Origin: Pseudomonas phage 201phi2-1
Length of the DNA stretch: 32,000 nt
Sequence record: NC_010821.1
Direction: 5' to 3' (one strand)
The notes beneath the pieces are model-generated. The model was given only the letters and a program-made list of their open reading frames with translations, searched no databases and was not told where the DNA came from. Of this stretch, positions 17,752 to 25,880 are shown one piece after another. Each line of letters starts with the position of its first letter. The first letter of the stretch is position 1. Made by a program: the position numbers and the translations under genes.

Positions 17752-18243
17752 ATGAAAAAGCTTGATAAAACAGGTCCACTTAAAGCAGCCTATTATCTCA
17801 TCACCAGTTATGCTGATTATGAGAAGGCTATTCTCGAATACCTTAAAGAGAATGATCACAAACCTGAGGACTGGGGTATGCGTGACCAGTTCAATGTGAA
17901 TGAATTGGTTGAAGGTCATCACATCAAAGGTAATCGTGAACTCTACACCAACGGTGAATCCCCAGAGTTCATCCTGTGCATCAACTTCGATGATCAGTTT
18001 GTACAACTCATCGTTAATTTCGTGAGTGTGTCTGACTTCATCGTACCAGAAGGCGATGTACCTGCACACATGTACGAGTTCGAAATCGAGCGCCACATGC
18101 GAGAATCCCCGTACCGCATCCACCGTAGCCAGTATCAAGTTATGGCTAAGGATGCGTTCGAGGCGCACGTGCTGGTAGGTCAGTGCTATTCCCGTGACGA
18201 AGAGTATGATCTCAAAATCGCTAGCTGGAGGAAAGTAAAATGA
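17752..18243 (+). CDS. Hypothetical protein
   Basis: ORF 163 aa, upstream AAGGAG, ATGA overlap with the next. Confidence 0.8.
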   Translation: MKKLDKTGPLKAAYYLITSYADYEKAILEYLKENDHKPEDWGMRDQFNVNELVEGHHIKGNRELYTNGESPEFILCINFDDQFVQLIVNFVSVSDFIVPEGDVPAHMYEFEIERHMRESPYRIHRSQYQVMAKDAFEAHVLVGQCYSRDEEYDLKIASWRKVK

Positions 18244-18737
18244 AGCGCCTTGACCAATACGAAGGTAGCAATCGCTCAGGCATGTTCAAGTATCGGATCG
18301 AAGCTGATGGTGAACTCGAACAGGCTATCCAAGCTGCGTGCGATGAGATGTCAGTTAGCACGGGGGAACCGCATGGTATGGATGATCGCCCGAAGCATTA
18401 TCCTTACATTGCGTTCATCCACCCTGACGATGAATACTATCGCGTGGATCTCGGCTTTGCGACTGCTGAAGATCTTGTAGGGGATGGTCCAGGTAGTCTG
18501 GATGAGCTGAAGGATATGCTCTATAACTACACTACCATGAAGCCGTGGTTGGATCGTATTCATGAAGCCGCACAACTTAACGGTGAAGCAAGTATCGAGT
18601 TCCGCGATCTTGATGATGAACCTAACTTCGGCAATCAGTACGCTATGAACAACAAACAGGCTGACTGGCTCCGTAGTCAAGGCTGGGTGGTGCACTGGGA
18701 GAAATACCCACGTACTTGGATCGTATCTGGCTGGTGA
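18240..18737 (+). CDS. Hypothetical protein
   Basis: ORF 165 aa, ATGA-coupled. Confidence 0.8.
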   Translation: MKRLDQYEGSNRSGMFKYRIEADGELEQAIQAACDEMSVSTGEPHGMDDRPKHYPYIAFIHPDDEYYRVDLGFATAEDLVGDGPGSLDELKDMLYNYTTMKPWLDRIHEAAQLNGEASIEFRDLDDEPNFGNQYAMNNKQADWLRSQGWVVHWEKYPRTWIVSGW

Positions 18738-18758
18738 TTTCAATTAAGGAGTAATAGC

Positions 18759-18899
18759 ATGCATGACATCGTAGGAGATCGTCTTAAGAAACAGATTCAA
18801 TCCCGCCGTACAGAACGGCTACAGTATATTTTCCTCTATTCATTCCTCGGAGTGAATGGACTGTACATCGCATACGAACTAATCAAACGATTTATCTAA
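18759..18899 (+). CDS. Small hypothetical protein (46 aa), absent from the ORF track: MHDIVGDRLKKQIQSRRTERLQYIFLYSFLGVNGLYIAYELIKRFI
   Basis: ATG after TAAGGAG; hydrophobic C-terminal segment; fills the gap before 18908. Confidence 0.65.
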   Translation: MHDIVGDRLKKQIQSRRTERLQYIFLYSFLGVNGLYIAYELIKRFI

Positions 18900-18907
18900 G
18901 GACGAAT

Positions 18908-19339
18908 ATGAAAACCCTAAACCCGATCCATGCTGATCACGAAAAGGTCTACAACCACTTTGTAGACCGTCAGGAGAACGGTCAGTTCGATCGTTACAAC
19001 GCTGATATGCAGTCTTTTATCAATCGGGTCTGGAATAAGAATCTGGGTGTAGTAGCTGCTATGTCACATAGTGGTATTGGAGCAGACGTATCGAACGGCT
19101 TTGTGCAGTTTGTTGCAGATAACCCATCCATGATGGTTCGCCTTATTGGATGGCTGACTGAGGTACGTGACGCTTTACCAAAACTACAACAACCCACGGT
19201 TGAGATCCGTAGTAAGACTACTCCTAACCATATCGATGATGCAACTCATTATCTAACAGTAATGTTTCGAACCCCTCGATTCAAAACTAAGGATGATGCT
19301 AACACCTGGTGGAGTAAACTGGTCCAATCTTATAACTAA
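18908..19339 (+). CDS. Hypothetical protein
   Basis: ORF 143 aa, upstream AAGGACG. Confidence 0.8.
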   Translation: MKTLNPIHADHEKVYNHFVDRQENGQFDRYNADMQSFINRVWNKNLGVVAAMSHSGIGADVSNGFVQFVADNPSMMVRLIGWLTEVRDALPKLQQPTVEIRSKTTPNHIDDATHYLTVMFRTPRFKTKDDANTWWSKLVQSYN

Positions 19340-19354
19340 ACATTGGAGCAGACC

Positions 19355-19795
19355 ATGAAAGCAGTATTGATTAAAGGTAATCCCAAATTCGTTAGGGGTG
19401 ATGAAGCAAAAGCGTACTATCAGGAAATCGTTGAGTTTATGGAAGGACTTGGCGTGGAGGTCATCGAAGACCAAGGTCTCGACAACACGTGTCCACCTCC
19501 AGCTGATTTCTACGTGGCCCATTCACGTGGGGTCGATCGTGAGTGCTGTTTCGATACACCAGAACAAATGGCTAACTTCATTAAGTTCGGTGTACCAGAA
19601 GGCGTGATCCATCCAGTCGATTTAGATTGGTGGGATCGTGGGCGTAAAGGTGTTCCACCCCGTGAGCACTTTGTGTTTACAGCAGACCAGAAGCTGGCTA
19701 TCCAGAATAAGGTTGATGCCTTGCGTAAAGCTACCACTCCAGTACCGATCCAGAAATCACGCCAGTCTGCTTCACGCAGGCCGGGTGTACGATAA
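19355..19795 (+). CDS. Hypothetical protein, possible alpha/beta fold (MKAVLIKGNPKFVRG...)
   Basis: ORF 19343-19795 with a TTG start in the track; the ATG at 19355 preceded by GGAG is better. Confidence 0.75.
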   Translation: MKAVLIKGNPKFVRGDEAKAYYQEIVEFMEGLGVEVIEDQGLDNTCPPPADFYVAHSRGVDRECCFDTPEQMANFIKFGVPEGVIHPVDLDWWDRGRKGVPPREHFVFTADQKLAIQNKVDALRKATTPVPIQKSRQSASRRPGVR

Positions 19796-19806
19796 CACGT
19801 CATAAA

Positions 19807-19826
19807 GCCCCTCCGCAAGGAGGGGC
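19807..19826. terminator. Bidirectional terminator GCCCCTCC-GCAA-GGAGGGGC between convergent genes
   Basis: Perfect 8-bp stem; downstream TTGTTTTTTT on +, TTTATG on -. Confidence 0.85.
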
Positions 19827-19845
19827 AATATGTTGTTTTTTTCTT

Positions 19846-20250
19846 TTATGCCATGCGAACTACGCGTTGTAATTCTTTACCCTTAGCCCAGAGCTTAGGG
19901 AACAAATCGTCACGCTCTCGTACGACCATACCGCCACCACGAACCTTATTCGAAGAGGGATACAGTTCTGGGTTGTCTTGGGCTTCTTTCATAAGTTGGG
20001 TCATGTAAAGATCCAAGGTATTCTGATCATCTTGCGTGCATTTAGAGAACACACGCTTGAAGTAATCGTCACAGTAATCGAAGTCACGTACTACGCGATA
20101 CCCACGGCTTCCCAGATCGATACGGAAGTATTTACGGTAGTCGTGGTAACCGCCACCAATACGCCACATCTCGTTACCCGGTTTATTCACGAGGCGTTCG
20201 ATTTTAAAAGATTTAAGGTCTTTCCATAGTTGAATCAATTTAGTTTTCAT
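19846..20250 (-). CDS. Hypothetical protein
   Basis: ORF 134 aa in a - strand block with 4-nt overlap. Confidence 0.8.
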   Translation of the reverse strand: MKTKLIQLWKDLKSFKIERLVNKPGNEMWRIGGGYHDYRKYFRIDLGSRGYRVVRDFDYCDDYFKRVFSKCTQDDQNTLDLYMTQLMKEAQDNPELYPSSNKVRGGGMVVRERDDLFPKLWAKGKELQRVVRMA

Positions 20251-20492
20251 TTTACACCATTGATGGTTTTGATGAAGGTATGTGCTTCATCGATATTAAT
20301 GATCTTGATATATTTTGAATCGTTGTTGCCTACCATCATATTAAGTTGACTTAGCCATGACGAATAGTGTTCTGGCCCCTTGAGACGAGATGGCCACTGA
20401 GTCAACTCAAGCATGTGTTGGTAAGCACACTTAGTAGGGCGTCGATCGGGTAGCAATAAACTACCCAGCCATCCTAGAATTCTTTTTAGCAT
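20247..20492 (-). CDS. Hypothetical protein
   Basis: ORF 81 aa, overlaps its neighbours. Confidence 0.75.
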   Translation of the reverse strand: MLKRILGWLGSLLLPDRRPTKCAYQHMLELTQWPSRLKGPEHYSSWLSQLNMMVGNNDSKYIKIINIDEAHTFIKTINGVK

Positions 20493-20899
20493 TTATTCCA
20501 ATCATCCACCTGCTTGAGGAAATCTTGAATGACCCAGCCCCATTTACCAGCCCATTCTTTGACGGTATAGGGTATACCAGATGGACCAGCAACCGATTCC
20601 AGTATGGTCGACCATTCGGTCTTATAGCAGTACTCTACTTGAGACTCGTAACGCTTTATCGAGATATCCAGTAGGTAAAGATTCTGGTCTGTTACGGTTG
20701 CTCTCAATCCTAGGTAAAGACCCTGTTCCATTAAGTGGGCAAGCTCGACCCGTTTAAAGTCCTTCGGGTTGAATGTCACAACTATATCTGGTAGTGGTTC
20801 ACCGGGCTGAGTTCTTTGAAAAGGTAGTTCATCCTTAGGTGGAAGTTGCTCAGATGGTGCAGGACGATTATTGATCAAGAACTTTGAAGTATCAAACAT
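20486..20899 (-). CDS. Hypothetical protein
   Basis: ORF 137 aa. Confidence 0.8.
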   Translation of the reverse strand: MFDTSKFLINNRPAPSEQLPPKDELPFQRTQPGEPLPDIVVTFNPKDFKRVELAHLMEQGLYLGLRATVTDQNLYLLDISIKRYESQVEYCYKTEWSTILESVAGPSGIPYTVKEWAGKWGWVIQDFLKQVDDWNKC

Positions 20900-20902
20900 A
20901 GT

Positions 20903-21154
20903 TTACCCCACGCTGTAACCGACCGTGTAAATCTTACGTTTGATCTTGAACTTAAAGACCTTGTAAAATTCACCTAGTGGCGGTACATCCGTTTCGAACC
21001 GACTACCATAGACCATGTCATCGGTTTTTTCAAAGAACGTAATACACTTACGTGCAATGTAGTCTCGTCGACCTTTGGTTAGATAAGGATAGGTTACTTT
21101 GAGCTGCTCATCAATCAGCTTTGGGAGGTGTTTTGCAATGTAATCATCAATCAT
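20903..21154 (-). CDS. Hypothetical protein
   Basis: ORF 83 aa, packed between neighbours. Confidence 0.75.
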   Translation of the reverse strand: MIDDYIAKHLPKLIDEQLKVTYPYLTKGRRDYIARKCITFFEKTDDMVYGSRFETDVPPLGEFYKVFKFKIKRKIYTVGYSVG

Positions 21155-21161
21155 CGTAAAC

Positions 21162-22070
21162 TCACTTTAAGAATGTACCACAGGAGGCCTTCACATCAGT
21201 TCCTACGCGTGGGATCAGCTTAACCTTAGCATCGGGTAGATGACGCTGGATAAAGCCGTGTAGGTACTTTACATGACCCTCCACGGGTTCCTTGGAGTAG
21301 TGACCTTCCGGTGGATTGTATCGGACGATGTTCCAGTTCACTTTCAGTCCAACTTCTTTGATCTCATCAATGATAGCTTTAACGTCACCGATGGAATCGT
21401 TCTGATCGTTAATGAATGCATAATGAATCTTAGGTGTTTTACCGGTAGCTTCTTGCCAGCACTTCAGTTCATCCAGTGCCGTTTCAGGTGCTGCCGCTTT
21501 AGGTAGCCACTGTTTACGGAACTTAGGATTCAGACTGTAAAGTGAGTAGTAGAGTTCAGGGTAGACTTCTGGGTCAGTGAACACATCAGTCAGTTTAGTA
21601 AAGCCGAACTCTTTTGGCCAGATGGTGGAGATCAGGAACTTAGCTTCCAATCCCCATTGTTCGGCCATACGCTTAAGACCACGTAGGATCTCATCGGCAT
21701 TCTCAACGAAGTGTTTGTTAGCTAATGGTTCACCACGCGCCATGAAGTTGAAGTGTACCTTAGTGGCTGCACTACCTACATGGTTATTTCGGACCATGTC
21801 GATGTAATGGTCGAATACACGTTCAGCTTGTTCGAAGTATTCCTGTACAGTAACGTCACGGGAATCCGTCTGACCAGTTGCAGTCAACCAACACATCCTG
21901 CAAGCTTGTTTACAGCCTGTCTGAGAGCTTAGATAAACAATGAAGTAATCGTCTACCCTTTGTACGAAACGTGCTTCTAATCGCCCTGTATGGTCTTCAA
22001 ACTTACGCTCGAAGTTAACGGAGCGATCTAGCTCAGATTGGTGCGTCGTGTAAATCAATTGACTCTGCAT
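21162..22070 (-). CDS. Radical SAM protein, RlmN/Cfr-like (putative RNA adenine methyltransferase)
   Basis: CKQACRMC (CxxxCxxC) cluster motif, GEPL motif, ISLHA-like YSLYSLNPKFR, NxxVNWNIVRYNPP-like segment, and C-terminal RVGTDVKASCGTF corresponding to the RlmN/Cfr R.tRG.di.AACGQL tail. Confidence 0.85.
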   Translation of the reverse strand: MQSQLIYTTHQSELDRSVNFERKFEDHTGRLEARFVQRVDDYFIVYLSSQTGCKQACRMCWLTATGQTDSRDVTVQEYFEQAERVFDHYIDMVRNNHVGSAATKVHFNFMARGEPLANKHFVENADEILRGLKRMAEQWGLEAKFLISTIWPKEFGFTKLTDVFTDPEVYPELYYSLYSLNPKFRKQWLPKAAAPETALDELKCWQEATGKTPKIHYAFINDQNDSIGDVKAIIDEIKEVGLKVNWNIVRYNPPEGHYSKEPVEGHVKYLHGFIQRHLPDAKVKLIPRVGTDVKASCGTFLK

Positions 22071-22317
22071 GGGTGCTGGTCCTCAAACGGTAAACGAATC
22101 GAATAGGTGGATAACCATTAACTGTTATGGTGGATTCATCGAAGTCTTTGTTATCGTACTCAACTGTAACTTGATGGGGCCAGAACAACCCTTTTCTTAT
22201 TTGATCTTCAATTTGACAAACTAGGTGGTAACCACGCATTGCAGCATTACACCCATTAAAGTGATCGCTGCAAACGTGGTCAACCAGTTCGTCAAGCTTA
22301 CGCTTGATCGACTCCAT
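22033..22317 (-). CDS. Hypothetical protein (MESIKRKLDELVDHV...)
   Basis: Track start at 22323 is TTG; ATG at 22317. Confidence 0.7.
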   Translation of the reverse strand: MESIKRKLDELVDHVCSDHFNGCNAAMRGYHLVCQIEDQIRKGLFWPHQVTVEYDNKDFDESTITVNGYPPIRFVYRLRTSTHAESIDLHDAPI

Positions 22318-22624
22318 CTTCAACTCCAGTTACCAGACTAGGTACATCATACCTTGGTTTGATTTTGATATGGGGTTTGTCACCCAATTCTGACAGTGTC
22401 AGGATCACTTGGATTTGCTTGTCCCCTTTAGGGTTAACTCGAATACTGTGTGGACCTGGATAGGAATCAAAATGATCCCTTAGAGTAACGTATACTTCAT
22501 GTGCCGATTGCAGCTGAGTCAGGTCCGGTTTATTTTTAAAGACCTGTCCAACAATGTTAGTTACGGTATTGGTCCAAGTTGCAGCATGTTCCGCTTTGGC
22601 TGCAACAATTGCTTCAGTAGTCAT
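22298..22624 (-). CDS. Hypothetical protein
   Basis: ORF 108 aa. Confidence 0.75.
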   Translation of the reverse strand: MTTEAIVAAKAEHAATWTNTVTNIVGQVFKNKPDLTQLQSAHEVYVTLRDHFDSYPGPHSIRVNPKGDKQIQVILTLSELGDKPHIKIKPRYDVPSLVTGVEDGVDQA

Positions 22625-22636
22625 TTTGAAACTCCG

Positions 22637-23140
22637 TTATTTAATCAAGATCACAAAGGTATCTGGGTGAAAGGTTTCAGCAACCCATTTATTAAATTCA
22701 GCGCGTTTGACGTAGCCCGCACCGACAGTAAATTGTGCATCATCAACGATCACGTACCGCGTGTTAAGTTTCTCTTCGTCGCTTAGTTGTGCATTCCACT
22801 TCTCAATGGTTCCACTCGCACTTGGTACTAGCTGCGTGTAATCGACCCTTTCGCGCCCGGTATTTTTTAAGTAGTCATTAGCTAGTGCCAATTTAAGATA
22901 ACTGTCTTTAGTAATTAGAATGCATTTATTGGGATGTTTAGCGATCCATTTCAATGCGCCTTGACTAAGCCCACACTGACGACCTACGTAAAGACCAATG
23001 GTTTTACAATCTCTTACCACCCAAGCCGGATCACCTCTATGTTGGGTATTACCCCACCGTTCCCAATTGTAACGTGTAACTTTTTCTAAGGCGTCTATAA
23101 TGCTAACATAATCGACAAGCGGTTTAACGTAATCATTCAT
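22637..23140 (-). CDS. P-loop-NTPase-like protein with degenerate Walker A (GRQCGLS) and Walker B-like YVIVDDAQ
   Basis: CKTIGLYVGRQCGLSQGALKWIAKHPNKCILITK...YVIVDDAQF; paralogous to 29690-30208. Confidence 0.65.
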   Translation of the reverse strand: MNDYVKPLVDYVSIIDALEKVTRYNWERWGNTQHRGDPAWVVRDCKTIGLYVGRQCGLSQGALKWIAKHPNKCILITKDSYLKLALANDYLKNTGRERVDYTQLVPSASGTIEKWNAQLSDEEKLNTRYVIVDDAQFTVGAGYVKRAEFNKWVAETFHPDTFVILIK

Positions 23141-23229
23141 GTTTCATACTCACTATTTAATTGTTTCAGAGTAGGCGGTATGCCTACAATATCAGCACGC
23201 TCAGTATTTATTAGAACCCGATTAAAGAG

Positions 23230-23237
23230 TATATTAC
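23230..23237 (+). promoter_or_regulatory. Putative phage promoter core TATATTAC
   Basis: Exact octamer 31 nt upstream of the 23268 start codon in a divergent intergenic region. Confidence 0.5.
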
Positions 23238-23267
23238 AATGGTGAATCTAAACCCTTAAAGGAATTA

Positions 23268-23624
23268 ATGATGCGTGTAAAAGCGATGGATCTCACCTTG
23301 GAGATGGTTAAGGCATCAAGTGACGCTAATCCCATCATCATAGAACACTCACACGGTACTTTCACCATCAAACGTGGTTGGTACGGTACGTCTGGTGGTC
23401 GTGAGCTGCCCGGTGGTACCGAATACATTATTCCAATACTACTGTTGGAATTCCGTGACCGTAATGATTGGTTAGTCGGTTGCGAAGAACACTACGAAGG
23501 GGTATTCCAGTTGCTTAAACTGAGTATCCTTGATAAGGTCCGCACCAATACCTTTGTGTTCGATAAAGGTATGGAGCTGGAAGATATGGTTTCCCTTTGG
23601 CTGCACAACACAATCACGGAGTAA
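23268..23624 (+). CDS. Hypothetical protein (start 23268 or 23271)
   Basis: ORF 118 aa, AAAGGAAT upstream. Confidence 0.8.
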   Translation: MMRVKAMDLTLEMVKASSDANPIIIEHSHGTFTIKRGWYGTSGGRELPGGTEYIIPILLLEFRDRNDWLVGCEEHYEGVFQLLKLSILDKVRTNTFVFDKGMELEDMVSLWLHNTITE

Positions 23625-23629
23625 TAGCA

Positions 23630-24115
23630 ATGCGTAAGGTAATTGCAGTTGTAATGATGGCATTCGCTGGTTTGGTGCAAGCTGGTATCAACAGTAACAT
23701 CGAATACGAATATCAGGTTGCTGTACCAAAGACCATGGTGGATGTCGTCGTGACTCCAGCAATGTGTTCTGAATACAGTGGTCTTGCTGTTGGGGCTAAG
23801 GTACTGTTTGATTTGAACCTCAGTGATGAGGCCATTCAAAACAGCATGGTTAACGTCGCTGCGGATAACATGGGTAACCGTGTAGTGTGGTCGACTTTCC
23901 ATATGGTGCTTAAGCTTGACACCATTACGGCAATGCGAGATTGGCCTAACCAGGCTGAATTCCAGAAGGTGCGTAAGGCCAGTCCTAATCAAGATGAACG
24001 TCTTTACTATCAGAAATATGCCGAGCAACAATGCAAAGCTAATCAAGAAGGTAAGACTATCAAAGTGCTTAAAGTTGTTCGTCGGGTTGCTGGTAGTAAC
24101 ACTGAGTTCAAATAA
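23630..24115 (+). CDS. Predicted exported/periplasmic protein
   Basis: ATG at 23630 gives MRKVIAVVMMAFAGLVQA-GINSN, a classic Sec signal peptide with an AxA-like site (VQA). Confidence 0.75.
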   Translation: MRKVIAVVMMAFAGLVQAGINSNIEYEYQVAVPKTMVDVVVTPAMCSEYSGLAVGAKVLFDLNLSDEAIQNSMVNVAADNMGNRVVWSTFHMVLKLDTITAMRDWPNQAEFQKVRKASPNQDERLYYQKYAEQQCKANQEGKTIKVLKVVRRVAGSNTEFK

Positions 24116-24124
24116 CGACATAAC

Positions 24125-24146
24125 GCCAGCTCCTTCGGGAGCTGGC
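24125..24146. terminator. Hairpin GCCAGCTCC-TTCG-GGAGCTGGC with T-rich tail between convergent genes
   Basis: Perfect 9-bp stem; TTATGCCTTTTCTTTTTT follows on +. Confidence 0.75.
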
Positions 24147-24162
24147 TTATGCCTTTTCTTTT

Positions 24163-25023
24163 TTACAACAATTCAAAACTATACAGCATCTGAACACTCA
24201 GTGATTCACTGTGACCCACTTCCTTTGTGTCACCTGCATCGTTAATGGCCCAGAATTTACCAGTAGATGATTCAGTACTGGTCAGGTACCATTTGCCGGG
24301 TTGCAGTGACCAGCCGGATATTGGTGGATTCGTAGAGGGGATACCCGATAAGAAGAATGTGCCAAGGATAGCCTTGAATTCATCTAATGTAGGTACCCAT
24401 GTCTGGTATTTCACTTGAGGTGTAGTCAGAGTCCGTCCTTGGGTAACAGCCCCACCTAGCAAAGTAATCGTCATAGGTAGGTACTGATCCACTAAGTCAC
24501 CTGACCTCGCAAAATATCCATTACGGTAAAGTGCGACCGCAGTAACCATCCCCTTGTTTGGTGTAGTATTGCTGCCATAGAGCACACCGTCAATCGTACA
24601 CCACATGGGAGCGCTAGCCGCATTATCCCAACCGATATTGGTACCTGCTAATGCTTCAAATGCGCCAATATTTGGTCGCTCAGCTGCAATGATACTTGAA
24701 CTAATATAACCTGCATTAGCATCACCGTAAAGGTAATATGGATTCTTGCTAAAGATCGCAATCATCTTATCGGACCAATCGATCAATCGAATACATGGAC
24801 CGTAAACGATCTGATTGTCTCGTCCACGATAAGCCCACATCACCCAGTAAGGCTTGTCCTTAATCGGAAAGGTTAGATTATATCCCGAATACGAAGTGGT
24901 GTTGTTCATATAGGGTTCAGGTAAGCTATCCTTATCGAACTTGGTTTCACTCACATAAACGTAAAGGCCATCGATGTGCTCACTCCCGGTTAACCCATAG
25001 GGGTTATCAACTGATATTCTCAT
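24163..25023 (-). CDS. Putative tail/fibre-associated protein with FN3-like N-terminus
   Basis: Part of a tandem set sharing N-terminal scaffold motifs. Confidence 0.6.
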   Translation of the reverse strand: MRISVDNPYGLTGSEHIDGLYVYVSETKFDKDSLPEPYMNNTTSYSGYNLTFPIKDKPYWVMWAYRGRDNQIVYGPCIRLIDWSDKMIAIFSKNPYYLYGDANAGYISSSIIAAERPNIGAFEALAGTNIGWDNAASAPMWCTIDGVLYGSNTTPNKGMVTAVALYRNGYFARSGDLVDQYLPMTITLLGGAVTQGRTLTTPQVKYQTWVPTLDEFKAILGTFFLSGIPSTNPPISGWSLQPGKWYLTSTESSTGKFWAINDAGDTKEVGHSESLSVQMLYSFELL

Positions 25024-25880
25024 GAGTAATTCCTATCTGTCTTTGGTAAGAACCGGATGATGGGTTTCCAATACCACTCGTAGTTGTAATGGGTATTCAT
25101 ATAGATGGACTGTGGTCGGCAAGGAGCGTATGGATTTGCTTGTTGAACTAAAGACTGTCCATTAGATTCATTAGCTATCGCGAATACCATGTAGCTATTG
25201 ACGTCCTGTCCTACAATTGGACGTAAGGCATTTTGTCGCGGGTATTGTTTAGCGATGTTCCACTTAGTTGGCGTTTGCCCATCCAGAATAGCTAAAGCAA
25301 CGCTATTGTCAATTGATTTGATATATTCATAGCTGCAATAACCAACATCGACATTACGCATTGAGCCGCCACCGGCCCTGCTCATGAAAGCTTCGAAGTT
25401 ATCAGTTGGGATCTTTATCACACCTGTTGCCAATGTGTAATATATGTCGGACCCTACCTTAAATTTTAGCCATCTACCATTCCAGTTTTTAAACTCGATG
25501 CCTGGACCACCTACGTTAGCTAAGTCAGTTACGCTTGGTAAAAGGCTGGCCTCGCCAGCGTCGACGAGACCAAAACTCCAAATCGTGTCAGTACCTGACT
25601 CGGCCTGGTCGTATGTACCCGGACCATAGAGACTAACGTCGCCTAATACAATGTTAGGTGACATCACTGATTCGCCACCTTGTTTGTAAACACGGAAACG
25701 ATAGTTATAGTCTTGACCCAAAACAGTATCACGGTCAACGTACTGTGTTTCAAATCCATCAAGTGTAGCAATAGGTGGATTTACAGGAACATCTGGAATC
25801 TCAGTACCGACGGGTTCACGGTAGAGATCAATATTCGTCAGTGTTCTGGAGTTAGGGTTATTAAAGTTGATAGTAATCAT
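25020..25880 (-). CDS. Putative tail/fibre-associated protein with FN3-like N-terminus
   Basis: IDLYREPVG...QYVDRDTVLGQDYNYRFRVYKQGGESVMSP matches the FN3 strand pattern; 4-nt overlaps on both sides. Confidence 0.65.
   Translation of the reverse strand: MITINFNNPNSRTLTNIDLYREPVGTEIPDVPVNPPIATLDGFETQYVDRDTVLGQDYNYRFRVYKQGGESVMSPNIVLGDVSLYGPGTYDQAESGTDTIWSFGLVDAGEASLLPSVTDLANVGGPGIEFKNWNGRWLKFKVGSDIYYTLATGVIKIPTDNFEAFMSRAGGGSMRNVDVGYCSYEYIKSIDNSVALAILDGQTPTKWNIAKQYPRQNALRPIVGQDVNSYMVFAIANESNGQSLVQQANPYAPCRPQSIYMNTHYNYEWYWKPIIRFLPKTDRNYS

Noticed and set aside
17446-18168. Large minus-strand ORF (240 aa) opposite 17545-18243
   Set aside because: It overlaps the strong + strand terminator and two well-spaced + genes with SD sites and ATGA coupling; best explained as an antisense shadow ORF.
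22499-22786. + strand ORF of 95 aa in a minus block (also 21273-21807 and 23916-24245)
   Set aside because: Lies antisense to or out of frame with supported genes, no SD or coupling.
25437-25444. GTAATATA (TATATTAC on minus strand)
   Set aside because: Internal to the 25020-25880 coding sequence (DIYYTL); likely chance.
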